Assembly (NCBI GenBank): GCA_034110505.1
Contig: JAWUZB010000031.1
Span: 4,809 to 68,808, forward strand
Origin: Gammaproteobacteria bacterium
GTDB taxonomy: Bacteria > Pseudomonadota > Gammaproteobacteria > Arenicellales > Arenicellaceae
Length of the DNA stretch: 64,000 nucleotides
Direction: 5' to 3'
Shown piece by piece: positions 11,406 through 20,904 of the stretch (position 1 is the first letter of the stretch; each line of letters starts with the position of its first letter). The position numbers were made by a program, and so were the translations under genes. The notes beneath the pieces were generated by a model, which saw only the letters and a list, made by a program, of their open reading frames with translations, did no database searches and had not been told where the DNA came from.

Positions 11406-11930
11406 GTGAAACAAGTGATTGCAGCGCGTTGGTATTGGGTTGGTTTAATTAGTTGTGGCGCATTGTTAGCCATTGCTTATTTTTATTTTCAACAAACACT
11501 TGGGCTGGCCCCGTGTCCGCTGTGTATGTTTCAGCGAGTCGCTTTAGTTGGGGTCGCTTTTTTCTGTTTACTCGGAATTGTTTTTGCTCCTAGGCGATCG
11601 GCTTCTAAACTGCTTGTCTTCGGTGCCACGGTTTCTTCTTTTATAGGGCTTGCTATTGCCGGTCGCCAAGTTTGGTTGCAACATTTACCCGCAGATAAAG
11701 TTCCTGAGTGTGGGCCAGACTTATCGTTCATGCTCGAAATGGACCCCATTTTCGAGGTTATTCAACGAGTCTTAGCCGGTAGCGGAGAGTGTGCGCAAGT
11801 GCAGTGGACCTTTCTCAGCTTCAGCATGCCTGAATGGATGCTGTTAGTGTTTAGTGTGATGATAGTGATTTGTGTTCGTCTCTTATTCAGAAAGCAACGT
11901 AATTATTTTTCAGGCGCCTTAGGCCGTTAA
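11406..11930 (+). CDS. dsbB: Disulfide bond formation protein B
   Basis: PCPLCMFQR motif, four TM segments, VPECGP...GSGECA periplasmic cysteine pair. Confidence 0.95.
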   Translation: MKQVIAARWYWVGLISCGALLAIAYFYFQQTLGLAPCPLCMFQRVALVGVAFFCLLGIVFAPRRSASKLLVFGATVSSFIGLAIAGRQVWLQHLPADKVPECGPDLSFMLEMDPIFEVIQRVLAGSGECAQVQWTFLSFSMPEWMLLVFSVMIVICVRLLFRKQRNYFSGALGR

Positions 11931-11997
11931 ATCGAAAGGCCGTTAAAATCGAAAGGCCGTTAAAAGCGCAGGGCCGCTAAGCTCGAAAGGCCGTTAA
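11921..11997 (+). repeat. Five tandem copies of a 16-17 bp unit (aggccgttaa + 6-7 nt) starting at the dsbB stop codon
   Basis: aggccgttaa-atcgaa / aggccgttaa-aatcgaa / aggccgttaa-aagcgca / gggccgctaa-gctcgaa / aggccgttaa. Confidence 0.9.
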
Positions 11998-12220
11998 TAT
12001 AGAACCAGCTGATTGACTGAAATCAATAGTAGGATTTCAGCCCACAGGGTTCTGCGTCAGTATTGGATAAGAGTAACTTGTATCAAGGATGAGTTTGCTT
12101 ATATTCTAGACAGTACAACTTAATTCAGTCGTCACTAGCAACCTCCCGATTTTTCAGTGAAGTGCGTAACTTCAAGCTATTAATCATTTCGAGCCAGCCC
12201 TAGCTCCCAAGAGATACCCT

Positions 12221-14398
12221 ATGCGAATCATACCCAACCTGCCACTCAAGAAAATAACCACAATTATGCTCGGCGTTTACGCAATCGGTATTGGTAATGT
12301 TAATGCTCAACAAATAGCTATTTTAGATTCGGGCGTAGACCCTCAACCTGGCTTTAACTTGGTCCAAGGTTTTGATTATTTCAATAACGTAGATGACACT
12401 ACTGATAAGTCAGGTGAGGTCGATGATGTCGAAGCGCATGGCACAGCCACTGTTCGCCTTGCAACAGAGTCGTTTAGCGGTGAGATTGTTCCGTTCGTTA
12501 TTACAGATGCAGCCTCTGAGAATGTCGATGAAGTTCGAGTTCGCACCGCTAGGGATAGTGCGTTATCGGATATATTGGGTCGGTCATCAGTGCGCGTTAT
12601 TGGTATCACTCGCAATTCCCTAGGAGTAACTAATTCTTCCGCGCCACTGGTCTCCGACTTATCAGCGGCGGGAAAAGTCATAGCCATCACCGCAGGTGAA
12701 GGTGGTTCAACACAGCCGAATGCATTAGCAACCTCGAGTTTCAATCTGTCGGGCGTTGTGATTGTTGGTGCTACCGATGCCAGCGGCGAACTGCTTGCTA
12801 ACTCAAACCAAGCGGGCACTACCTCGCACAAATATGTCGCCGTAAATGGATTGATCGATAACGACTCAGGGTCAGTCGACGGAGATACTTCTTTTGCTGC
12901 AGCCAGGTTGTCAGGTATTGCTGGTGGAGTTTTATTGCAGAACCCCGATTTAACGGCCGAAGAGGTTGTTGACGTTATTTTAATGTCAGCTGAAGATCGT
13001 GGCGAAGCTGGTACCGACGGTGTCTATGGACGCGGTGTAATATTGAACGCACAGCAGGTGCTTAATAACGTTATTGGGCCAGTAGTTGTGCCTACACCCG
13101 CTGTAACACCTGACCCTCCAACAGCGCCGACCCCCATTGCTTCAAGCGGCGGCGGTGGAGGTGGCGGGGGTGCTATCCTTTTAGTCGGCGGAGCATTGGC
13201 TGGAGTGTTGTTGTTGAACCGAAAGTCATCGACCAAGCTAGAGAAAACATTGGTGCTCGATTCTTACGGACGAAGTTTCGAAGCAGATTTGAGTCAACAG
13301 GTTGAAATCAATGATGGCACTCTGCATCTCAATCAATTTTTTTATTCGCTTAAACAACAGGCGGCTAATAGCTCTGTTGGAAGTCAGCTATATTTACCTC
13401 AACTTAAATCAAAAGTGGCGTTTCAAGCGACCGCTCTAGTCGATCCAAGAATAGATATGATTGAGTATTTCGCTACTCCGGGTGATGTCGGCATCGAAGC
13501 AAGAAATAAAACCGTCTCGTTAGCAATCGAAAGTAGCTTAAGCCAACGTATCGACTTCAGTGCGGGCTACAATGTTAGCCCAAATCAAGAATTCGGCGGC
13601 GCTAAGAATCTCGAGAAAAATACTCACTTTGGCACTAGCTCGTTTATATCGGGTCAGTCTTTCGGTTCTGTTTTGTCGGGTTTTAGCACTCAGGCGAACA
13701 CCAGCAGCTTGAACTATAAAAGCTCTAAAAATTCAGCGATAAAACTCGGTCTTGTGTCGGTCGATGAGACTGAGCGATATAATCAAACTTCCTTATCCGC
13801 CTTACTTGAAGGCCGTTATCAGTTTACTGATAATGCTGGAATGACGCTTCAATTTGGACAAATCAAGGAAAGCGGTAGCGTTCTGGGCGGCGGCGCCAGT
13901 GGCGTTCTCGGCGTTGATAATTCGGTTACTTACGCACTAAATCTTGCCGGTAGTTTTAAAGCAACAAATAAATTTTCTGTGGTCGCTAATTACGGTTTAG
14001 GCCACACTACTGTTGAGTCATCTGATCGAAGTTTACTAAATGATTTTACCTCCTTGAAAAGTGACTGGTACAGTCTTGGTTTAATCGGCAACCATGTTTT
14101 TAGAGGTCGAGATCAATTTGGTTTGGCTTTTTCTCAGCCGCTTAAGGTGCAGTCTGGTTCAGTAAATTATTCTATTCCTGTAGGCCGGTTAGAGAATGGC
14201 CGTATAGGCTTTGATAGCGAGCGAGTTAATCTATCTGACACCAATGCAACAGAGCAAACGCTTGAAGCCTATTACCGCACTATGGTGAATCAAAAGCTTG
14301 AATTTGGTGGCTTTGTATCGTTTAGAAGAAACCCGAATCACATAAGTGATTCTGGAAATGACGGTATCGTCATGGCTACCATACGTTACTGGCAATAG
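12221..14398 (+). CDS. Secreted S8 (subtilisin-like) domain protein with Pro/Gly linker, internal hydrophobic segment and C-terminal beta-rich (putative outer-membrane barrel) domain
   Basis: Signal peptide; ILDSG (D36), AHGT (H73), DTSFAA (S224); ILMSAEDRGEAGTDGVYGRG S8 tail; C-terminal half of amphipathic beta-strands ending MATIRYWQ. Confidence 0.8.
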   Translation: MRIIPNLPLKKITTIMLGVYAIGIGNVNAQQIAILDSGVDPQPGFNLVQGFDYFNNVDDTTDKSGEVDDVEAHGTATVRLATESFSGEIVPFVITDAASENVDEVRVRTARDSALSDILGRSSVRVIGITRNSLGVTNSSAPLVSDLSAAGKVIAITAGEGGSTQPNALATSSFNLSGVVIVGATDASGELLANSNQAGTTSHKYVAVNGLIDNDSGSVDGDTSFAAARLSGIAGGVLLQNPDLTAEEVVDVILMSAEDRGEAGTDGVYGRGVILNAQQVLNNVIGPVVVPTPAVTPDPPTAPTPIASSGGGGGGGGAILLVGGALAGVLLLNRKSSTKLEKTLVLDSYGRSFEADLSQQVEINDGTLHLNQFFYSLKQQAANSSVGSQLYLPQLKSKVAFQATALVDPRIDMIEYFATPGDVGIEARNKTVSLAIESSLSQRIDFSAGYNVSPNQEFGGAKNLEKNTHFGTSSFISGQSFGSVLSGFSTQANTSSLNYKSSKNSAIKLGLVSVDETERYNQTSLSALLEGRYQFTDNAGMTLQFGQIKESGSVLGGGASGVLGVDNSVTYALNLAGSFKATNKFSVVANYGLGHTTVESSDRSLLNDFTSLKSDWYSLGLIGNHVFRGRDQFGLAFSQPLKVQSGSVNYSIPVGRLENGRIGFDSERVNLSDTNATEQTLEAYYRTMVNQKLEFGGFVSFRRNPNHISDSGNDGIVMATIRYWQ

Positions 14399-14653
14399 AC
14401 GAGCATCGAGTATTTTTGGCGGGGATTTTCCCACAAAATTTTCAATAACTTGATCAGTCTCAGTGTATTTTCTGGTTGTCGATGAGCTGAGTTTTTAGTG
14501 ATCGGCTTGTTTTTTTTTGCCAATAACTTGATTGGCCTTAAACTCTCACTTGCAGCGGTATTATAGGCTGTTACACTACTCATATTGTTCAGTAAGAGGC
14601 TGGTTGGTTATTTTCTTGCTGTTATTTAAACTGTTAAATTCCAAGTTTGTCAC

Positions 14654-16027
14654 GTGAAACTCTACAATACCGAAACTAAAATCAAGACCGAATTCGTTCC
14701 ACTAGATCCGAGTAACGTGACGGTTTATGTGTGTGGCCCGACCGTGTGGAATCATGCGCATATTGGTAACTATCGCCCGCCAATAGTCTTTGATGTGCTT
14801 ACTCGAGTATTGCGCTCGCAGTTTTCAGGCGTTACTTACGCTCGCAATATCACCGATATTGATGACAAGATTAATAAAGCGGCCGCTGAACAGGGTGTTG
14901 ATATATCTGTAATTTCAGAACGCTATACAGCATTCTTTCATCAGGGCTTAGAAGCCCTAGGTGTTTTACCTCCAGATGTGGAACCAAAGGTTACTGATCA
15001 CGTCAAAGAAATTCATCAGAAGATTCAAACTCTGATTGAAGGTGGACATGCCTATGAAGCCGATGGACACGTTCTATTTGATGTGCCTTCGTATGCTGGT
15101 TATGGCGAGTTGTCGAGGCGAGACCCTGATGAACTATTAGCCGGTGCGAGAATTGACGTGGCCTCATACAAAAAAAATGATGGCGACTTTGTTCTTTGGA
15201 AGCCTTCATCTGACGAGCAACCGGGCTGGGATAGTCCTTGGGGAAGAGGCCGTCCAGGTTGGCATATAGAATGTACTGCGATGGCGGCCACTCACCTTGG
15301 CGAGACCATCGATATTCATGGCGGAGGCCATGATCTAGTCTTTCCTCATCATGAAAATGAGCGCGCCCAGAGCACCTGTGCTCACGGCGTAAAATTCGTC
15401 AACTATTGGATGCATAATGGTTTTGTAAACGTAAATAAAGAGAAGATGTCAAAGTCGATTGGCAATGTGCTGCTCGTGCGTGACCTTCTTCAGCAAGCGA
15501 GTGGTGAGGCGATTCGTTATGTGCTTTTGTCATCTCATTATCGTGCTCCTCTAGACTGGACTGACGACGCGTTACAGCAAGCAAACAATAGTTTAGATCG
15601 CTTTTACGGCGCTTTGCGAAAAATGTCGCACATCAAGGTGCCGAATGATATTGGTGATCAGAAGCCGCAAGGCTTTGTTGATGCGATGTTAGACGATTTA
15701 AATGTTCCAAAGGCCATGGCTGAGCTATTTGTCTTAGCCAAACAAGCAAACATTAGTGATGTAGATGATGAGTTAGTCAAGATTAAAGCGGCACTATTGC
15801 AAAGTGGTGAGTGGTTGGGCTTGTTTCATCAAGACCCTGAAGTTTGGTTCTCCAGTGGTGCTGACGACGTTGATGCTCAGCAAATAGAAGCATTGATTGC
15901 TGAACGTTTACAAGCAAAGGCCGATAAGAACTGGGCTCGAGCAGACCAAATTAGAGATATTTTATCCGACAAAAAAGTAGTCGTTGAAGATGGCGCTGAA
16001 GGCACCACTTGGCGCATTGAGAAGTGA
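14654..16027 (+). CDS. cysS: Cysteine--tRNA ligase
   Basis: YVCGPTV, HIGN, GRPGWHIEC, DIHGGGHDLVFPHHENE, KMSKS. Confidence 0.98.
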   Translation: MKLYNTETKIKTEFVPLDPSNVTVYVCGPTVWNHAHIGNYRPPIVFDVLTRVLRSQFSGVTYARNITDIDDKINKAAAEQGVDISVISERYTAFFHQGLEALGVLPPDVEPKVTDHVKEIHQKIQTLIEGGHAYEADGHVLFDVPSYAGYGELSRRDPDELLAGARIDVASYKKNDGDFVLWKPSSDEQPGWDSPWGRGRPGWHIECTAMAATHLGETIDIHGGGHDLVFPHHENERAQSTCAHGVKFVNYWMHNGFVNVNKEKMSKSIGNVLLVRDLLQQASGEAIRYVLLSSHYRAPLDWTDDALQQANNSLDRFYGALRKMSHIKVPNDIGDQKPQGFVDAMLDDLNVPKAMAELFVLAKQANISDVDDELVKIKAALLQSGEWLGLFHQDPEVWFSSGADDVDAQQIEALIAERLQAKADKNWARADQIRDILSDKKVVVEDGAEGTTWRIEK

Positions 16028-16031
16028 AATT

Positions 16032-16457
16032 ATGAGTGATATTAGCCAAAGGCAAGCTGAATTAGTTGATGAATTTGAGATGTTAGAAGATTGGATGTCT
16101 CGCTATGAGCATGTGATCGACCTCGGTCGCCAGTTGCCTGACTTCCCTGATGCATGGAAAACTGACGCCAATAAAATTCAAGGTTGTCAGTCACAGGTAT
16201 GGTTAAACATGGAGATGCAAGATGGTAAAATGCATATTGATGGTACCAGTGATGCGGCGATTGTTTCCGGCCTAGTTGCCATTGTTTTACGCGTGTATTC
16301 TGACCAAGCTCCTGAGACTATTTTAAATACCAAGCCCGACTTTATTACTGATATTGGTTTTAACGACCACTTAAGTCCAACAAGAAGTAATGGCTTGCAT
16401 TCGATGCTTCGTAGTATTTATCAGAAAGCGGGTCAGCATTCAGTCCTTCACAAGTAA
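16032..16457 (+). CDS. sufE: SufE-family sulfur-acceptor protein
   Basis: IQGCQSQVW, SDAAIVSGL, LSPTRSNGL; ATG 4 nt after the cysS stop. Confidence 0.9.
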   Translation: MSDISQRQAELVDEFEMLEDWMSRYEHVIDLGRQLPDFPDAWKTDANKIQGCQSQVWLNMEMQDGKMHIDGTSDAAIVSGLVAIVLRVYSDQAPETILNTKPDFITDIGFNDHLSPTRSNGLHSMLRSIYQKAGQHSVLHK

Positions 16458-16598
16458 ACTCAGCGTTTTTAACTATATTCGCTGACAATTAGAGAAACCA
16501 TAAACCTCGTTCTAAAGAAAGTATCAGTTTATTTTTGGCTGAGAACTTTTACTGATGACTACGAGCCATCTGATGGTGTCAATTCGCGCTTATATTTT

Positions 16599-17663
16599 TT
16601 AGAGCTTAACTTGTGGTGCGAAGCATACTAAGTGGTCGGCTTCGATTGATACGCCGATGGTGTCGCCAATTTCGTAGTCGTCATGGCTAGAAACCAAGGT
16701 CATTAAGGTGTCACCGGCTGGCGTGACAATGGTGTAGAGTGTCTGCGCTCCCTTAAATGCTTTGCGAATGACTTGACCTCGAATGGGGCTTTCCGCGTCA
16801 TATTTGACGTCATCTGGGCGAATCAGTACTTCAACCTCTGGACCGACCTTGTCAATATTGATGGTTTCGCCTTTCAGCTCGCCAAAATTAGTCACCACAG
16901 TATTGCCTCCAACTATCTGTCCTTTGACAAAAAGGCCATCACCAATGAAGTTTGCGACAAAGCGGCTGTTGGGTGCGTGATATAGGTTAAAAGAGCTATC
17001 CCACTGCACTAACTTGCCCTGCGACATGACTCCAATTTGGTCACCTAACGCGAACGCATCGTGTTGATCGTGAGTCACCATTATCGCCGTGATGCCAAGC
17101 TCTTTTAGTAAAATTCGTACTTCATAACCCAAACTTTCACGTAATTCAGTATCAAGATTTGAAAAAGGCTCGTCCATCAAAAGCAACTTAGGTTGTGCTG
17201 CTATGGCTCGGGCTAGGGCGACCCTCTGGCTTTGCCCACCAGAAAGCTCGTGAGGGTATTGCTGATGATAATCCTGCATACCAACCAATTCTAATAACTT
17301 AGCAACCCGAGCATCACGTTCTTTTCGAGTGACTTTACTGAGGCCAAAACCTACGTTTTCAGCAATGTTTAGATGTGGAAATAATGCGTGATCTTGAAAC
17401 ACCATACCAACGTTTCGCTGTTCTGGTGCGAGGCTATTATTTACTTTAGAAATAACTCGTCCAGCAAGCTCAATGGAACCTGCTTGTAAATCTTGAAATC
17501 CGCTAATGGCGCGTAAAATAGTTGTTTTGCCACAGCCGCTCGGCCCCAGTAGACAGCCCAGCTCTCCCTCTTTGAGGTTAAAACTAACATCGTCGACAAT
17601 CGGAGTGGCATTCTCATAGGCCGCTACAATATTGGTAATTTTTAGAAATGCATCATCTGGCAT
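16599..17663 (-). CDS. ABC transporter ATP-binding subunit (FbpC/PotA-like, C-terminal TOBE)
   Basis: GPSGCGKT, GMVFQDHALFPHL, LSGGQSQR, LLLMDEPFSNLD. Confidence 0.92.
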   Translation of the reverse strand: MPDDAFLKITNIVAAYENATPIVDDVSFNLKEGELGCLLGPSGCGKTTILRAISGFQDLQAGSIELAGRVISKVNNSLAPEQRNVGMVFQDHALFPHLNIAENVGFGLSKVTRKERDARVAKLLELVGMQDYHQQYPHELSGGQSQRVALARAIAAQPKLLLMDEPFSNLDTELRESLGYEVRILLKELGITAIMVTHDQHDAFALGDQIGVMSQGKLVQWDSSFNLYHAPNSRFVANFIGDGLFVKGQIVGGNTVVTNFGELKGETINIDKVGPEVEVLIRPDDVKYDAESPIRGQVIRKAFKGAQTLYTIVTPAGDTLMTLVSSHDDYEIGDTIGVSIEADHLVCFAPQVKL

Positions 17664-17712
17664 GGTGGTTTAATAAACAGTTTTCGCTTAGTTTTGGTCA
17701 AATAAGAGACAA

Positions 17713-18624
17713 TTAACTTAGTAAATATTCTAATAACGCCTTTTGAGCATGAAGCCGATTTTCAGCTTCTTGAAACACCACGCTTTGTGGTCCGTCAATA
17801 ACCGATGCTGAAACTTCCATGCCGCGATAGGCGGGTAGGCAGTGCAGAAAAATCGCATCGCTATTGGCCGTGCTCATTAGCGAGTCATCGACACAAAAAT
17901 TGGCAAATGCAGTTATACGTTGTTTTTTCTCATCTTCTTGGCCCATGCTCGCCCAGGTATCGGTGACGACTACATCGACATTTTCGACCGCCGTTTTAGC
18001 ATCATCAAACAGCGTCACGTGATCTTGATTACGTTTAATAATTTGCGCATCTGGCTGGTAGCCTTGTGGAGTGGCAATATTCAACTGAAAGTTAAAAAGG
18101 CGCGCGGCGTTGATAAAAGAGTTGCATACATTGTTACCGTCCCCTACCCAAGCGAAAGTCGCGCCTTTAACGCTACCACGAAGCTCTTGAAACGTTTGTA
18201 TGTCGGCAAGAAGCTGACAAGGATGATAATCATCGGTTAGACCGTTAATCACCGGTACGCTCGAGTTGGCGGCCAAGCTTTCGACCATGCTATGCGATTC
18301 TGTGCGAATCATAATTCCGTCGGCCATACTTGAGATAACACGAGCGGTATCTTCAATCGGCTCACCGCGGCCAATTTGTGTGTCGCTTGGATTCAGGTTT
18401 ATCGATCCGCCGCCTAGTTGACGCATTCCAACCTCAAAGCTTACGCGAGTTCTAGTCGACGATTTGTTAAAAATCATAGCCAATGTTTTATTCTTAAGCG
18501 GCTCGTATAGAGCGCCTTGTTTAGTCATTGCCTTTAATTCGATGGCCCGATCAATTAGATCCTGTAGAGTGCTCGGATCTAAGTCATCAAGGGTAAGAAA
18601 GTGTTGAACTGATTTAGTCATCAT
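17713..18624 (-). CDS. argF: Ornithine carbamoyltransferase
   Basis: SSTRTRVSFE, HPCQLLAD, DTWASMGQE, HCLPAYRG. Confidence 0.97.
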   Translation of the reverse strand: MMTKSVQHFLTLDDLDPSTLQDLIDRAIELKAMTKQGALYEPLKNKTLAMIFNKSSTRTRVSFEVGMRQLGGGSINLNPSDTQIGRGEPIEDTARVISSMADGIMIRTESHSMVESLAANSSVPVINGLTDDYHPCQLLADIQTFQELRGSVKGATFAWVGDGNNVCNSFINAARLFNFQLNIATPQGYQPDAQIIKRNQDHVTLFDDAKTAVENVDVVVTDTWASMGQEDEKKQRITAFANFCVDDSLMSTANSDAIFLHCLPAYRGMEVSASVIDGPQSVVFQEAENRLHAQKALLEYLLS

Positions 18625-18633
18625 TTAGTCTCT

Positions 18634-19851
18634 TTAAAGTGTCGATACAACATCATGAATAGTTTCGACAATTTTTTTCACCTGACTTTCATTCAAAATT
18701 ACTGCCGGAAGTAGGCGTATGACTTTTCCACCACCGGTAATATTAATGACTAGACCCGCGGCTAAAAATTTAATTGCAAGGTCGGCATAAACTTTGTCTA
18801 ATTCGATACCCAACATTAGCCCTTTACCACGAATATCAACCACTTGGTCGAAGCTGCAGAGGGTCTGTTGTAATTGTTTTTTTAAAGAGGCACCTATTTC
18901 GCCGGCCTTTGCGACTAGCTGTTCATCATTAATAATATCTATTACGGTTGCGCCGATTTTGCTGGCGAACGGGTTGCCACCAAAAGTCGTGCCGTGCGTG
19001 CCAGGGCTAATCAGATCGGCGGCCGCACCTTTGGCCGCACATGCTCCGATCGGTATGCCGTTGCCAAGCGCCTTAGCACTGGTAATTACATCGGGTTGTA
19101 TGCCTTCATGCTGAAATGCAAACCATTGCCCAGTACGGCCCATTCCCGTTTGAATCTCATCTATAATCAACAGCCAGCCTTGCTCATCACAGAGTATTCG
19201 TAAGGCTTTTAAGTATCCTTTATCGGGGACAATAATCCCGCCTTCGCCTTGAATTGGCTCGATCATGATAGCCACTACATCGCTATTATCAGCATATTCG
19301 CGCATCGCAGCGACATCATTATAAGGCACATGAACAAAGCCGCTTAACAGTGGAGCGAAGCCTTTTTGAATTGCCGCATTGCCTGTCGCCGATAAGGCCG
19401 CCATGGTGCGCCCATGAAATGATTGTTCGGCGGTTATTATCAGCGGTTGCTTTATCCCTTTAGCGCGCGCATGCAGGCGAGCGATCTTTATCGCAGCTTC
19501 ATTTGCTTCGGCCCCTGAATTGCCAAAAAAGACTTTGTCCATACCCGATATGGTGCAGAATTTTACACCAAGATCAGCTTGTTCTTGAATATGGAATAAA
19601 TTGCTAGTGTGTAATATTTTGTTAGCCTGCAGCGATATTGCTTGGCTGATTTTAGGGTGACAATGGCCTAAAAACGTAACCGCGATACCGCCAAGCGCAT
19701 CCAAGTACTCACGACCGGTGGTGTCCCATAGTCGTGCTCCTTCGCCGCGCACAAAACTAATCGGCAGGCGAGCATAAGAATTCATAATTGCGGGTTCGGA
19801 GTATTGTGCTTTGGGTTCTTTGCGAAACCTTTTCAGAAGCTTTTGTAACAT
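18634..19851 (-). CDS. argD: Acetylornithine aminotransferase (class III PLP)
   Basis: NSGAEANEAAIK, FHGRT, DEIQTGMGRTG, AKALGNG, HGTTFGGNP; upstream of argF. Confidence 0.93.
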   Translation of the reverse strand: MLQKLLKRFRKEPKAQYSEPAIMNSYARLPISFVRGEGARLWDTTGREYLDALGGIAVTFLGHCHPKISQAISLQANKILHTSNLFHIQEQADLGVKFCTISGMDKVFFGNSGAEANEAAIKIARLHARAKGIKQPLIITAEQSFHGRTMAALSATGNAAIQKGFAPLLSGFVHVPYNDVAAMREYADNSDVVAIMIEPIQGEGGIIVPDKGYLKALRILCDEQGWLLIIDEIQTGMGRTGQWFAFQHEGIQPDVITSAKALGNGIPIGACAAKGAAADLISPGTHGTTFGGNPFASKIGATVIDIINDEQLVAKAGEIGASLKKQLQQTLCSFDQVVDIRGKGLMLGIELDKVYADLAIKFLAAGLVINITGGGKVIRLLPAVILNESQVKKIVETIHDVVSTL

Positions 19852-19958
19852 GACTACAGTGTCTTTTTAATTGTTAGTGGCCGCAGCTAAGCTGAAGTCT
19901 CTATAGGCTAAGGGAAGTATTGACTATGGTAGCTCAAGTTTGGTCCAATTTAGAAATA

Positions 19959-19993
19959 AAAAACGCCCCAACTTATCAAGCGGGGCGCTTTTG
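19959..19993 (-). terminator. Rho-independent terminator downstream of the PuuD-like gene
   Basis: aaaaacgcccc-aacttatcaagc-ggggcgctttt inverted repeat with A/T tracts. Confidence 0.7.
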
Positions 19994-20060
19994 ATCTACT
20001 ATTAAGTCTACTCGGTTTTATCGAATGAAGACAAACCTGAATAGCCTTATTTTATGCGTT

Positions 20061-20684
20061 TTATAGGAAATATAAAATGGCCGCCAGTGCCGCTGTTAAC
20101 GCAAGGCTGCAGTGAATAACCCCAACAACTGAGGCCATCGGGCCTTGTTTGCCAAATAATGCATTCAACTGCAGAATTATGACAACAGCGATGGCAATCA
20201 GAAAACCATTATCAATGCCGTCAGCGAGGTGTTTCTTGTGCGCAGACGCCAACATGAAATATGACATTGGGCCCGAAAATAATACGTTAGTGCGAGAAGC
20301 CAAAAGTGCTTTAGCGCCGGCCGCTGGTCCGTCACCTTCTTTCATGCCTAAAGCAATTTTTTGCGCAGGCCATATCACTAACCATACATTCAAGAACATG
20401 AAGGTTCCCATTAACGCGCCAAGCATAATGTAGTCGTTGTACTTGAAGGTAGTGCCTAAGTAAGAAATTAAATAAAGGCCAGTAAGAAAGGTAAACATGG
20501 CGCCCCAACGAAACCACCATAATGCGCTCGGTGCAAGCTTAGCTTTAGCGTCGGCTAGGCCTTCAGGCGTGGCACTCTTGAAATAGCCGCCTTGCACAAA
20601 ATTGAAATAATACAGCATGCCTATCCAGGTGATGCCGAACATTAAATGCGCCCATCGAGCTATAAAGTTGATTTCTTCCATCAC
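20061..20684 (-). CDS. PuuD/urate-oxidase N-terminal-like integral membrane protein (no cytochrome c domain)
   Basis: RWAHLMFGITWIGMLYYFNF, ALWWFRWGAMFTFLTG, MFLNVWLVIWPAQK, SRTN motifs; no CxxCH. Confidence 0.75.
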   Translation of the reverse strand: MMEEINFIARWAHLMFGITWIGMLYYFNFVQGGYFKSATPEGLADAKAKLAPSALWWFRWGAMFTFLTGLYLISYLGTTFKYNDYIMLGALMGTFMFLNVWLVIWPAQKIALGMKEGDGPAAGAKALLASRTNVLFSGPMSYFMLASAHKKHLADGIDNGFLIAIAVVIILQLNALFGKQGPMASVVGVIHCSLALTAALAAILYFL

Positions 20685-20904
20685 AGTTACCTTTTAATTT
20701 TAGTTGTTTTTAGAGTAGCCAACAGATTTTTTTGATCTGATGACTCGTTTATACACCTTTTTCGCCTCTTTGACACTCAAGTTTTATCCTCTATCTCCCG
20801 TCATTACTAGTCAGACATGCATATTTAAGCACAGGCTGGCTTGACCTTTGTGGACGAAAACAAGACACTAAGCGCACTAAAAATCCCTAAATTTTGACCC
20901 AGTT

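Noticed and set aside
11921-11997. Possible mini CRISPR array
   Set aside because: The repeat core is only 10 bp, the linkers are 6-7 nt and similar to each other, and there are no cas genes; it is a tandem repeat.
14443-14532. Duplicated caataacttgat motif upstream of cysS
   Set aside because: Only two copies in AT-rich DNA, with no recognisable T-box or regulator consensus; too weak to call.
16599-17663. Orphan ABC ATPase after argF as a novel arginine-linked system
   Set aside because: As I recall, argF followed by an FbpC/PotA-like ATPase also occurs in Pseudomonas and other gammaproteobacteria; the permease and binding protein are probably encoded elsewhere.
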